Notes under the pieces: generated by a model
The model's database searches: none
What the model saw: the letters and a program-made list of their open reading frames with translations, nothing else
What the model was told of the DNA's origin: nothing
DNA from: an uncultured Bacilli bacterium
GTDB lineage: Bacteria; Bacillota_I; Bacilli_A; RFN20; CAG-826
Assembly: GCA_944363535.1 (NCBI GenBank)
Contig: CALVUG010000001.1
Coordinates: forward strand, 16,461 to 80,460
DNA length: 64,000 bases
Direction of reading: 5' to 3'
In this document: piece after piece, positions 10,480 through 19,062 of the stretch
Layout: each line of letters starts with the position of its first letter
Position numbering within the stretch: position 1 is the first letter of the stretch
Made by a program: the position numbers and the translations under genes

Positions 10480-12204
10480 ATGTTTAGTCTCATTGGAATT
10501 TTAGAAATATCATTAATCGCTGTCGGAGGCTTAATCCTCGTTCTCGTTATTGCTGGGTTAGGGATATTTTTCGCTAGTCGAAAAAGAATTTCATCTAACG
10601 TCAAAGAATTACACCGTAAATATGATTATTTTCATGCTTTATTAATTGGTAAATGTGCGCAAAGTGTTAGAAGATTAGAACTAATCTCGCGTACGAACTT
10701 ACTTTATTCAGATACTTACGTTCGATTCATGGAATCATTTAATCGTCTTAAAGATAAAGATGATGTTAAAGCTAGCCATCAACTAAAGATTCTTGATGAT
10801 GATTTAGGTAAGAAAGATTTTAAATCTTGTAAAGCTCATCTACCTGACGCCAAGCAAGTCATCGCTAATTACGAGACGAACATGCTTAAATTCGATAGCG
10901 AAATTAATAGTGTTTTAAGACCGGAAGAAGATGCGCATCAAAAAGCTTTACTTATTAAAGAACAGCTAAGAGGAGTTAAGCAAGATTATTTCTCAAAGAG
11001 CGTCGATTTAGCTTTGATTGCTTCTTCTTTTGAGCATGTCTTCAACGCCATCGATAAAGATTTTATGAACGTCGATGTGGCAGTGGATGGAGCGGAATAT
11101 GATGAGGCTAATCGCCTATTAGATGGCATTAAACAAACTTTAGAAGCTTTAAAAGAAGCCTTGACTATCGCTCCGATAATCGTCGCTCTTACGACTTCAG
11201 TTTTACCTGAAAAATTAAGCGAAGTCGAACAAGCCAAAGAAAAATTAGAAGCGATGGATGTTCCACTTAACCATTTAATGGTTAAATCTGGATTAAATGA
11301 ACTACATGTCGAACTTGCGGATATCATGCGTGATCTTAAAGTTTTAAAAGTTCGTGGTCTACAAGAAAAACTTAATATTATTGAAAATAAGATTGATGAA
11401 TATGGTGAACAATTTGAAAAAGAAAAAGAAGCGAAAGATTCTTTCGATGCAAGATATGAAGAACTTTATCAAATCGTTTCTAATTTGGAAAAACGTTTCA
11501 TGAAGATGTGCCATACCTTACCAGAAATTCGTAAGATTTACATCATTAACGCGGAATCGGAAAATCGTCTTGAAGAAATTAAAAATCAAATTAATGAAGT
11601 AGGGGCCGCAAAGCGAGTATTAGATAATTACGTCCACTCTTCAACAAGACAACCTTATACGATTCTTGTGACACATATGAACGAATTAGAAGCGAAAGCT
11701 GATGAAGCTTTCGAATCGATGGATGCTTTCACTCATTACCTTGCTTCTTTAAAGACGCATACTGAAGAAGCTTATCAAACGATCCACGCGATTTATATCA
11801 ATTTAAAAAGAGGAGCAAAAAAGATTCGCGATTTAGCGATTCCAAGCATCGATATTTACGAAGATGAGATGAATAAAGCCTATGGCTTAATTAAGACGAT
11901 CGATGAGACTTTGAAAGTTTTACCGATCGACGTCATCAAAGTCATGACTTCTTTAGAAGAACTTAATCGTCTTTCTTCTCGTATCATCTCAGAAATTGAA
12001 AAAACTTACAATATGGGTGTCTTAGCCGAAACCTCGATCGTTTATGCGAATAGGTCTAGACAACGTTTCAACAATTTAAATAAACAATTACAAACATTCG
12101 AACAAAGATATTTTGCCGGCGATTTTGAAAGAGTATATTTCGATACGCGTGCGCTTCTTTCAAGTTTAGAATCTAGCGAAAAAAATAAGGCCTCTAATGC
12201 ATGA
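10480..12204 (+). CDS. ezrA: septation ring formation regulator EzrA
   Basis: N-terminal TM (FSLIGILEISLIAVGGLILVLVIAGLGIFFA), ~570 aa of coiled coil, C-terminal patch ANRSRQRF...RYFAGDFE resembling B. subtilis GNRYRSQN...RFYAFDYD. Start moved from the track's 10387 to the ATG just before the TM. Confidence 0.8.
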   Translation: MFSLIGILEISLIAVGGLILVLVIAGLGIFFASRKRISSNVKELHRKYDYFHALLIGKCAQSVRRLELISRTNLLYSDTYVRFMESFNRLKDKDDVKASHQLKILDDDLGKKDFKSCKAHLPDAKQVIANYETNMLKFDSEINSVLRPEEDAHQKALLIKEQLRGVKQDYFSKSVDLALIASSFEHVFNAIDKDFMNVDVAVDGAEYDEANRLLDGIKQTLEALKEALTIAPIIVALTTSVLPEKLSEVEQAKEKLEAMDVPLNHLMVKSGLNELHVELADIMRDLKVLKVRGLQEKLNIIENKIDEYGEQFEKEKEAKDSFDARYEELYQIVSNLEKRFMKMCHTLPEIRKIYIINAESENRLEEIKNQINEVGAAKRVLDNYVHSSTRQPYTILVTHMNELEAKADEAFESMDAFTHYLASLKTHTEEAYQTIHAIYINLKRGAKKIRDLAIPSIDIYEDEMNKAYGLIKTIDETLKVLPIDVIKVMTSLEELNRLSSRIISEIEKTYNMGVLAETSIVYANRSRQRFNNLNKQLQTFEQRYFAGDFERVYFDTRALLSSLESSEKNKASNA

Positions 12205-13334
12205 TTAATTTCGATAACGCGGCGACATCAAAATTAGATGAAGCGGTGAAAGAAAAATATGTTTCATATTTAAATATGGATTTATTAAATCCATCTAGTC
12301 CACATCTAGGTGGTTATAACGTCTTTAAGATGTTAGAAAAAGCTAGATTAGATACTTTAAAATTATTAAATTTAGATAAGTCTCATCAACTCATCTTCAC
12401 AAGTGGAGCGACGGAGGCTAATAATTTAGCGATCCAAGGAATAGCAAATAAATATCAAAACCGCGGAAAACATCTTATTACCACGAGTGTTGAACATCCT
12501 TCCGTCTCAAACGTCTTTTTTCATCTTGAAAAAGATTTAGGCTTTGAAGTAACTTATCTTTCTCCTAATAAGGAAGGAGTAGTTACTTTAGAAGAATTAA
12601 AAAAGCATGTAAGAAAAGATACGATACTCGTCTCTATTATGGCTATCAATAATGAAACTGGAGCGATCAATCCAATCGAAGAGATAGCCTCTTATCTTAA
12701 AAATTTTCCAACTATTTTTTTCCACGTCGATATCGCGCAAGCGATCGGTCATCATAAACTAGAATTTAAAGATATTGATCTATTATCTTTTTCCGCTCAT
12801 AAAATCCATGGGTTAAAAGGTAGTGGAGCGTTAATTTATCGTAAAAATATTATCTTTTCTCCTTTATTTTATGGTGGAGAACAAGAAGCAAGTTTTAGAA
12901 GTGGGACGGAAGACGTCGAAAAAGATTTAGTGTTAAATTACACAATCTCTAATGTTTTTAATCTTCTTGATAAGAATTATTTAAGAATGAAATCACTACA
13001 CGATAAACTTTATGATGGGCTTTTAAAATTAGATAAATTTCTCATTTTAAATTCTTTGAGAGATGGTTCAAGTTTTATCATCAATTTTTCGCTTAAAAAG
13101 ATGCGTGCTTCCGTCTTAGTGGAAGCTTTATCTAACGAGGGAATTTACGTTTCGACCTCTAGTGCTTGTTCAGCCAAAAAATCGAAGATGTCTTACGTCA
13201 TCTACGCTATGTTTAAAGATACTTTTAGAGCGGAAAATTCTATTCGTCTCTCCTTAGGTTACGATAATAAAAAAGAAGATATCGATATCTTTTTAAAGAC
13301 CTTAACAAATTTATTAGAAAGGCTTAGTTTATGA
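12201..13334 (+). CDS. cysteine desulfurase (NifS/NifZ-type, ThiI partner)
   Basis: PLP lysine context SAHKIHGLKG and catalytic Cys loop SSACS. Overlaps thiI by 4 nt, as in Bacillus nifZ-thiI. Confidence 0.85.
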   Translation: MINFDNAATSKLDEAVKEKYVSYLNMDLLNPSSPHLGGYNVFKMLEKARLDTLKLLNLDKSHQLIFTSGATEANNLAIQGIANKYQNRGKHLITTSVEHPSVSNVFFHLEKDLGFEVTYLSPNKEGVVTLEELKKHVRKDTILVSIMAINNETGAINPIEEIASYLKNFPTIFFHVDIAQAIGHHKLEFKDIDLLSFSAHKIHGLKGSGALIYRKNIIFSPLFYGGEQEASFRSGTEDVEKDLVLNYTISNVFNLLDKNYLRMKSLHDKLYDGLLKLDKFLILNSLRDGSSFIINFSLKKMRASVLVEALSNEGIYVSTSSACSAKKSKMSYVIYAMFKDTFRAENSIRLSLGYDNKKEDIDIFLKTLTNLLERLSL

Positions 13335-14494
13335 ACCAATTTGATACGATTATTATTCGTTTTGGCGAACTTTATACGAAAGGTAAAAATAAGAAAGATT
13401 TCGTCAATCGTTTATTTTATAACATGAAAAATAATCTTGATAATGAAGGAATTAAATTTATCAAGGCACATGATCATATCTATTTAGAATTAGAAGAAAA
13501 TGTTGATAAAGAAAATTTGATTAGCCAATTAAAAAATATTTCTGGAATTTATTCTTTTTCTTTAGCTAATAAAATTGATGCCACTGAAGAAAATATTATT
13601 GAAAGTAGTTTTAAACTTTTAATGAACGCTTCTAAACAAAACACATTTAAAGTTTACACTAGAAGAATTGATAAAACTTTTCCTATCAATTCTGATTCAA
13701 TCAATCGCCTCGTCGCTTCTAAAATTTTAAAAAATAGTCATTATAAAGTAGATGTTCATCATCCTGATTATCTTTTATCTATCGAAATTAGGCCGCATTT
13801 TGCCTATATTTTTCTAGAAACTATCAAAGGATTAGGCGGATATCCTTCTAACACGATGGGTGGAGCGTTAATGCTTATAAGTGGTGGAATTGATTCTCCT
13901 GTCGCGGCTTCATTATTACTTAAAAGAGGGGTTCATCTAGAATATTTACATTTTGCTTCTCCACCTTACACAAACGTCGCTGTCATCGATAAAGTTAAAG
14001 ATTTATTAAACGTTATTTCTTCTAATCAAAATCACGTTTATTTACATATTGTTCCTTTCACCAAACTACAAGAAGAAATCTATCGTCATGTGAATGAAAG
14101 TTACGCTATTACAATTATGCGTCGCATGATGATACGTATCGCTTGTAAGGTCGTTAAAAATAGACATTTACTCGCTACCGCGACTGGTGAATCGATCGGT
14201 CAAGTAGCGTCTCAAACACTCGAATCGATGAGAGTTATTTCTGGTGTTGCAGATGAAGTAATTATTCGTCCACTTGCGACTTATGATAAAGTTGAAGTAA
14301 TAAAAATTTCAAAAGAAATTAATACTTACGATATTTCGATTAGGCCATATGAAGATTGCTGTACAATTTTTACTCCCAAGCAGCCTAAAACTAAACCACA
14401 TCTTGATAAAGTTTTAGCGTTCGAAAATAAATTTGATTATGCTTCCCTTGTGGATGAATGCGTTAAAAATATCGAAACTATAAGACTTAAATAA
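13331..14494 (+). CDS. thiI: tRNA 4-thiouridine synthase
   Basis: THUMP-like N-terminus (IIIRFGELYTKGKN) and PP-loop SGGIDSPVA. Confidence 0.9.
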   Translation: MNQFDTIIIRFGELYTKGKNKKDFVNRLFYNMKNNLDNEGIKFIKAHDHIYLELEENVDKENLISQLKNISGIYSFSLANKIDATEENIIESSFKLLMNASKQNTFKVYTRRIDKTFPINSDSINRLVASKILKNSHYKVDVHHPDYLLSIEIRPHFAYIFLETIKGLGGYPSNTMGGALMLISGGIDSPVAASLLLKRGVHLEYLHFASPPYTNVAVIDKVKDLLNVISSNQNHVYLHIVPFTKLQEEIYRHVNESYAITIMRRMMIRIACKVVKNRHLLATATGESIGQVASQTLESMRVISGVADEVIIRPLATYDKVEVIKISKEINTYDISIRPYEDCCTIFTPKQPKTKPHLDKVLAFENKFDYASLVDECVKNIETIRLK

Positions 14495-14508
14495 TTTTAA
14501 TTATTTAT

Positions 14509-15075
14509 CTAAGATTTTTTAACCATTAATTTTTTAGTCTTTTTCGTATAGATAAATAAAGTGATGGTTGCACTTATAAATAGCACTAAGAATATAATTG
14601 TGGGAATTAAATATGCGTAATAATAATTATAGAATGCATAATAATACATATTGATCACTACCGGATCGAACTGATTTAAAAAATTAGGGAATAAAACGAC
14701 ATAAATTAAGTAAATAGCGGCGAATATAGATGCGATTAACATCAATATTGCGCCAAAGCGGAAGATGTTAATTTTTAGTTTCAAAATAAATGGATTTAAA
14801 TCGTAATTAATATCGTTAATTTTCTTTTTAATTTTAGTGAGTGAAACTACTAAGAAAATAAAGATTGTAATGGCTAATAAAGAGAAGAAAATAAATAGTA
14901 ATGCATATAAGAAAGCAATATCTAAAGTCCCTAGCCAATAAAAAGATAAAGGATTCATTGCACAATACATGGCACAGTCTGCGTAAATAACAGCAAAAGT
15001 GATGAGAAAAATGCTTACGGTAGCAATAAATATAGCGGAGCCTAAGAGCCATCCAAACATCTTCTTTAGTTGCAT
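14509..15075 (-). CDS. four-TM membrane protein, unknown function (last gene of the 3-gene cassette)
   Basis: 188 aa with four long hydrophobic segments and Lys-rich loops/tail. GGAGGA SD lies inside the end of the upstream gene; 3-nt intergenic gap. Confidence 0.7.
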   Translation of the reverse strand: MQLKKMFGWLLGSAIFIATVSIFLITFAVIYADCAMYCAMNPLSFYWLGTLDIAFLYALLFIFFSLLAITIFIFLVVSLTKIKKKINDINYDLNPFILKLKINIFRFGAILMLIASIFAAIYLIYVVLFPNFLNQFDPVVINMYYYAFYNYYYAYLIPTIIFLVLFISATITLFIYTKKTKKLMVKKS

Positions 15076-15078
15076 AAA

Positions 15079-17358
15079 TTAATCCTCCCAAACATATTTA
15101 AATTCTTTATTGGCATAATTTGTATAGTAGCCAACTTGTTCGCAACTACCTTGCAAGTTTCTATCAATTATGTATTCACCATTGTATTGCAATATTTTAT
15201 TTTTTAAATCGGAAGGCGTTTGTATGAAATTAGCTTCTATCTTTTTATCAGATACTATGTTCCATATCTCAATGGCAAAATGTGAACAATTATAATGTGG
15301 CCACCAGATATTATTTTCATGTTCTAGAATCTCACCTATTTCATTTAGACAAGACATATCATCTGTTACTTCTGTTAATGAATATCTTCCATCCTTAGAT
15401 GACAATATAATAGCTTCAAATATTTTATCAGTTAGCCAAGAAAGGAGTCCAATAAGGCCCTCTAAAAAAGTGCCATGTTCAGATTCGGAATCTGAAGAGC
15501 CAAATGACGAAGAGGAAGATGATGCTATAATCCAAGCTGAGCCTGGTAAACTGCATAGTATCGATGAACTTGATGCTACGACACTAAGAACTAGTTCTTC
15601 ATAATATTCATAATTGTACATAACACCAATGTGCTTTCCTTGGCCAAATAGTCCAATAGTCATCGCTTCAAATGGTTGAAGAATATAGTTTCCTACAAGT
15701 ACAGCGTTAGGAGAATTATTATAAATTTCGATCCAAGAGTGATTATCTCTTGTCGAGATTGTGATATATAACTCGCTTTTGTCAGGATCATTTGAACTAA
15801 ATACGATTCCTAAATCTCCCAACACTACCCGACCTTTATTATTGGTTGAACTTGTCGTTATTTCAGATGATACAATAAATCTAAATTCGGTAGTACCATA
15901 AGGAAAATCATATCGAAATTTATCAGGCATATGTTTTGCACAAGATATACTACCATTATCGCTTCGTCCAGAATTTAAAAAATCAATCCCTCTCACCCAA
16001 TTTTCATTAGAATCTTTGTATTCTAGAGCAACAACATCTTGAAATAAATCAATTCCTTCTACTGTACTCCAAAAACTAATATCGAAATAAATAAAGTTTA
16101 TTGGATAAGGCACTGAATATTTGATATATGCTAGTCCAGCATCTTTTTTGATAGCTGACATAGTTAAATACCATTTTCCAGTTCCTGTAAAGCCTGTTTC
16201 GTTGATGTATCCAGTTCTTAATCTTTCGACATTAACATTTATTCCATCGACATTTAGTGTATGGGCAGATACCTCATTATTATATCTTTGAGTGTATTCA
16301 TAGTCTTCAGATTTTATCGTAATCTTTGCTAATTGTTCTTCAAAGAAAATAAAACCAGAATTTACTCCCATAAGCATTTCGCTATCCATATAATGGATAA
16401 CATCACTACCACCATTATTGCGCAGTTTGAAAAATAGTTGAGTAATTTCGTTACCGCTTGAATCTACGCCTCTCCATAGTTCATAGCCAAAAATATTCAT
16501 ATAGTGATTAGAAAATTCACCAGCATAATTTGTAGTCCACCAAATAACTGGCATGCCTGAATCTATAGATGACACCAGATTAATTATCTTATCTTCGTAA
16601 GGCAAGATTGATGGTGCCAAATCACCATATATTTCCATCATCTTACGATATGTTCCATCAGGATTTACTTCTTCATGTCCTATTCCTGTTGTGATATTGT
16701 AATTAAGAAAAAGTTGGCTGGCACCATTGACTAAATCGAAGGGAAAAGTAAAAGTTCCATCAGGAAAGGTTATACCCATCATTTCTAAATAATTGGCAGG
16801 TACTCCATTTGATGGATATGTTGTAATAGTATTAAAAAGGTCTATGTAGAAATTTTTTCTTTGCTCATTTTCTTCGTAATCTGCGATAAATTGTGAATAT
16901 CCTGCATATTTAACTAGATAATCTATTTGTGTTATTAAAGCTATTGGTCCACACCCGATGTATTCATAATCTTTTATAGTTGATTCTTCTTTAGCATCTT
17001 GTAAAATCGAATTCGATTCGAAAGTATTTGAAGGAATACCACCATAAGTAGTTTCAACCGTGTTGCTTTCATTTTCATCTATTGACCAAATATGTCCTGC
17101 GCCATATTTAGATGTTAAATAAGGCTGTATAAGACCAGAAGTTAGTTTCGTGTCAGTACCGTCAGGAGAATTAGAAGGAAATATATCATTTTCAAAATAA
17201 TATTTCAAATATTGTTCTCTACTCCAATCTGGCGCGGTTACTTCATATTTTTGAGAAGTTTTATTTTCTTCTATTTCTGTATCATTCTTTTCAATACTAA
17301 TAACATTGAATTGCATGACAGAAGTTGAAATTAAAAGTGCAAGTAACATTTTTTTCAT
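15079..17358 (-). CDS. exported multidomain protein with two papain-fold-like Cys/His motif sets (C39-like N-terminal domain; permuted LRAT/PPPDE/NlpC-P60-like C-terminal domain)
   Basis: Signal/anchor MKKMLLALLISTSVMQF. Motifs YIGCGPIALITQ and SNHYMNIFGYE; later DNHSWIEIY and HYNCSHFAIEIW, separated by a Ser-rich tract. The track start TTG 17376 overlaps the upstream stop. The first ATG at 17358 has AAAGGA 10 nt upstream. Confidence 0.75.
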   Translation of the reverse strand: MKKMLLALLISTSVMQFNVISIEKNDTEIEENKTSQKYEVTAPDWSREQYLKYYFENDIFPSNSPDGTDTKLTSGLIQPYLTSKYGAGHIWSIDENESNTVETTYGGIPSNTFESNSILQDAKEESTIKDYEYIGCGPIALITQIDYLVKYAGYSQFIADYEENEQRKNFYIDLFNTITTYPSNGVPANYLEMMGITFPDGTFTFPFDLVNGASQLFLNYNITTGIGHEEVNPDGTYRKMMEIYGDLAPSILPYEDKIINLVSSIDSGMPVIWWTTNYAGEFSNHYMNIFGYELWRGVDSSGNEITQLFFKLRNNGGSDVIHYMDSEMLMGVNSGFIFFEEQLAKITIKSEDYEYTQRYNNEVSAHTLNVDGINVNVERLRTGYINETGFTGTGKWYLTMSAIKKDAGLAYIKYSVPYPINFIYFDISFWSTVEGIDLFQDVVALEYKDSNENWVRGIDFLNSGRSDNGSISCAKHMPDKFRYDFPYGTTEFRFIVSSEITTSSTNNKGRVVLGDLGIVFSSNDPDKSELYITISTRDNHSWIEIYNNSPNAVLVGNYILQPFEAMTIGLFGQGKHIGVMYNYEYYEELVLSVVASSSSILCSLPGSAWIIASSSSSSFGSSDSESEHGTFLEGLIGLLSWLTDKIFEAIILSSKDGRYSLTEVTDDMSCLNEIGEILEHENNIWWPHYNCSHFAIEIWNIVSDKKIEANFIQTPSDLKNKILQYNGEYIIDRNLQGSCEQVGYYTNYANKEFKYVWED

Positions 17359-17372
17359 ATGTGTTTTTCCTT

Positions 17373-17846
17373 TCAAACAATTGTGAATCTATTTTTATAA
17401 TATTCAAAGTATTCGAAGAGCCTAGTTACTTCCTTTAGGCTAAATATTCCTTCCTCTACTTTTTCTTGAATGTTATGAAATGATAAATCCGCTAGGTCAA
17501 AAACAAAAAATTCAATTTTGTGATAGAAATAAAAAATTATGTTCTCGATTTTTAAAGACCATTCAGAAGTATCTTCAAATACTTGCCAAACGCAAAAGAT
17601 GCTTAATTTATGTTCATCGCTAGCAGTGGATGATAAAAATTCATAATAATCGACATCTTCTAATTTTGCATAAGGATCTTTAGGAAGCACAAACTGTTCA
17701 TAATATTCTTGTATCATGATTTCATCTGCTTCAGTTTTAGGGTGTTCACTTAGTAAAATGCCTATAAAATAACAAGATGATAAAGTAAAAGGTATTAATA
17801 AAAATATGCTTAGTTTAGCTAAGAGAAAATGAAATTTATTTCTCAT
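17373..17846 (-). CDS. small putative lipoprotein / membrane-anchored protein (first gene of the cassette)
   Basis: MRNKFHFLLAKLSIFLLIPFTLSSC has a lipobox-like L-S-S-C. 157 aa, no recognisable motif. Its stop overlaps the next ORF's TTG. Confidence 0.6.
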   Translation of the reverse strand: MRNKFHFLLAKLSIFLLIPFTLSSCYFIGILLSEHPKTEADEIMIQEYYEQFVLPKDPYAKLEDVDYYEFLSSTASDEHKLSIFCVWQVFEDTSEWSLKIENIIFYFYHKIEFFVFDLADLSFHNIQEKVEEGIFSLKEVTRLFEYFEYYKNRFTIV

Positions 17847-17859
17847 AATTTAAATATAA

Positions 17860-17889
17860 CAAAAAAAGTGGATTATTGAAACCCACTTT
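17860..17889 (-). terminator. rho-independent terminator of infC-rpmI-rplT
   Basis: Minus strand: AAAGTGG-11 nt loop-CCACTTT followed by TTTTTTTG, 25 nt after the rplT stop. Confidence 0.75.
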
Positions 17890-17913
17890 AGTTTGATGAA
17901 TAACAGGGAATTG

Positions 17914-18273
17914 TTATTTCGCTAGTGCTTTTTTGGCTTGATCGACGAGCGATTTAAAATCGTCAGGATTAGCGATAGCGATTTCAGCGAGCATCTTACG
18001 GTTGAGATTAATGTTCGCTACTTTTAAGCCATTCATGAAACGGCTATAGGAAATATCGTGCATACGGCAGGCCGCATTGATACGACGAATCCATAATTTT
18101 CTAAAATCACTTTTTCTTTCACGACGGTGAGCGTATGCATAATTTAATGAATGCATGACTTGTTCTTTTGCCGTCTTGTAAAGAAGATGTTTGGAGCCAT
18201 AGTAACCTTTGGCCATCTTCAATACTTTTTTACGTCTTAAATGGGTCTTTGGACCACCTTTAACTCTTGCCAT
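17914..18273 (-). CDS. rplT: 50S ribosomal protein L20
   Basis: 119 aa, MARVKGG...RRKK.LK.AKGY signature. Confidence 0.97.
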   Translation of the reverse strand: MARVKGGPKTHLRRKKVLKMAKGYYGSKHLLYKTAKEQVMHSLNYAYAHRRERKSDFRKLWIRRINAACRMHDISYSRFMNGLKVANINLNRKMLAEIAIANPDDFKSLVDQAKKALAK

Positions 18274-18292
18274 AGTTTATCTATCCTCCTTC

Positions 18293-18484
18293 TTATTGGA
18301 TGAGATCCTTAATGCGCTTGTAGTCGCTATGATCGACGACACTCGCCTTGGAAAGTCTCTTCTTTTGTTTGGTCGTTTTTTGATGACTGTTGTGACCGGT
18401 GTAAGCGCTGTGGCGGACCAATTTACCGGTTCCAGTTACTTTAACTCTTTTGGTTAAAGCTTTTTTGCTTTTCATCTTCGGCAT
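18293..18484 (-). CDS. rpmI: 50S ribosomal protein L35
   Basis: MPKMKSKKALTKRVKVTGTGK... 63 aa. The track ORF is N-terminally over-extended; AAAGGAGAAAAG SD precedes this ATG. Confidence 0.93.
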   Translation of the reverse strand: MPKMKSKKALTKRVKVTGTGKLVRHSAYTGHNSHQKTTKQKKRLSKASVVDHSDYKRIKDLIQ

Positions 18485-18504
18485 GATCTTTTCTCCTTTT
18501 CTTA

Positions 18505-19062
18505 CTATTTCTTGATTTTGGAAGCTAAGATAGCGTTGAGCCATTTACCTTCCATGTAGGGGGCTTTTTCTACGACGGAATAATCTTTCACTAAGTCGAT
18601 AAATTTTTCAATCGTCTCTTGACCGACTTCCGGATGGGCTAATTGACGGCCACGGAATCTGACGCCAACTTTGACGCGGCTACCATCTTCGAAGAAGCGG
18701 ATAGCGGCTTTCACTTTTACTAGTAAGTCATGTTCACCGATCATCGGTGTCAATTGTACTTCTTTAGTTTGGATGATCTTTTGATTTTTCTTAGCAACTT
18801 TCGCTTTCTTTTGGGCTTCGAAACGATGTTTACCATAATCTAAGATTTTGCACACGGGTGGGTTAGCGTTAGGGGCGACGCAAAATAGGTCTAATTCGTA
18901 ACGTTCCGCTGTCTCTAAAGCGACGCGACGTGAGACGACTCCTAATTGCTCACCTTTCGGACCGATGAGAAGTACTTCGTTGAAGCGAATTCTCTCGTTC
19001 ACTAGTTCGTCTTGACGATTAGGTTTTTTACCTTGTGGAAGATTGTTGTTATAGATATTAAT
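18505..19062 (-). CDS. infC: translation initiation factor IF-3, probable non-AUG start
   Basis: The IF-3 sequence (..DELVNERIRFNEVLLIGPKGEQLG..) continues in frame upstream of the track's GTG at 19002. GGAGG at 19066-19070 is followed in frame by ATT (19062-19060) and ATC (19056-19054), with no ATG. Confidence 0.85.
   Translation of the reverse strand: MNIYNNNLPQGKKPNRQDELVNERIRFNEVLLIGPKGEQLGVVSRRVALETAERYELDLFCVAPNANPPVCKILDYGKHRFEAQKKAKVAKKNQKIIQTKEVQLTPMIGEHDLLVKVKAAIRFFEDGSRVKVGVRFRGRQLAHPEVGQETIEKFIDLVKDYSVVEKAPYMEGKWLNAILASKIKK

Noticed and set aside
15490-15560. Ser-rich run (SSSSSSFGSSDSESE) in the large cassette protein as a possible nucleotide tandem repeat or phase-variation tract
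   Set aside because: At the DNA level the serines use mixed codons (TCA/AGC/TCT/TCG plus GAT/GAA). There is no homopolymer or short tandem repeat, so slipped-strand switching is not supported.
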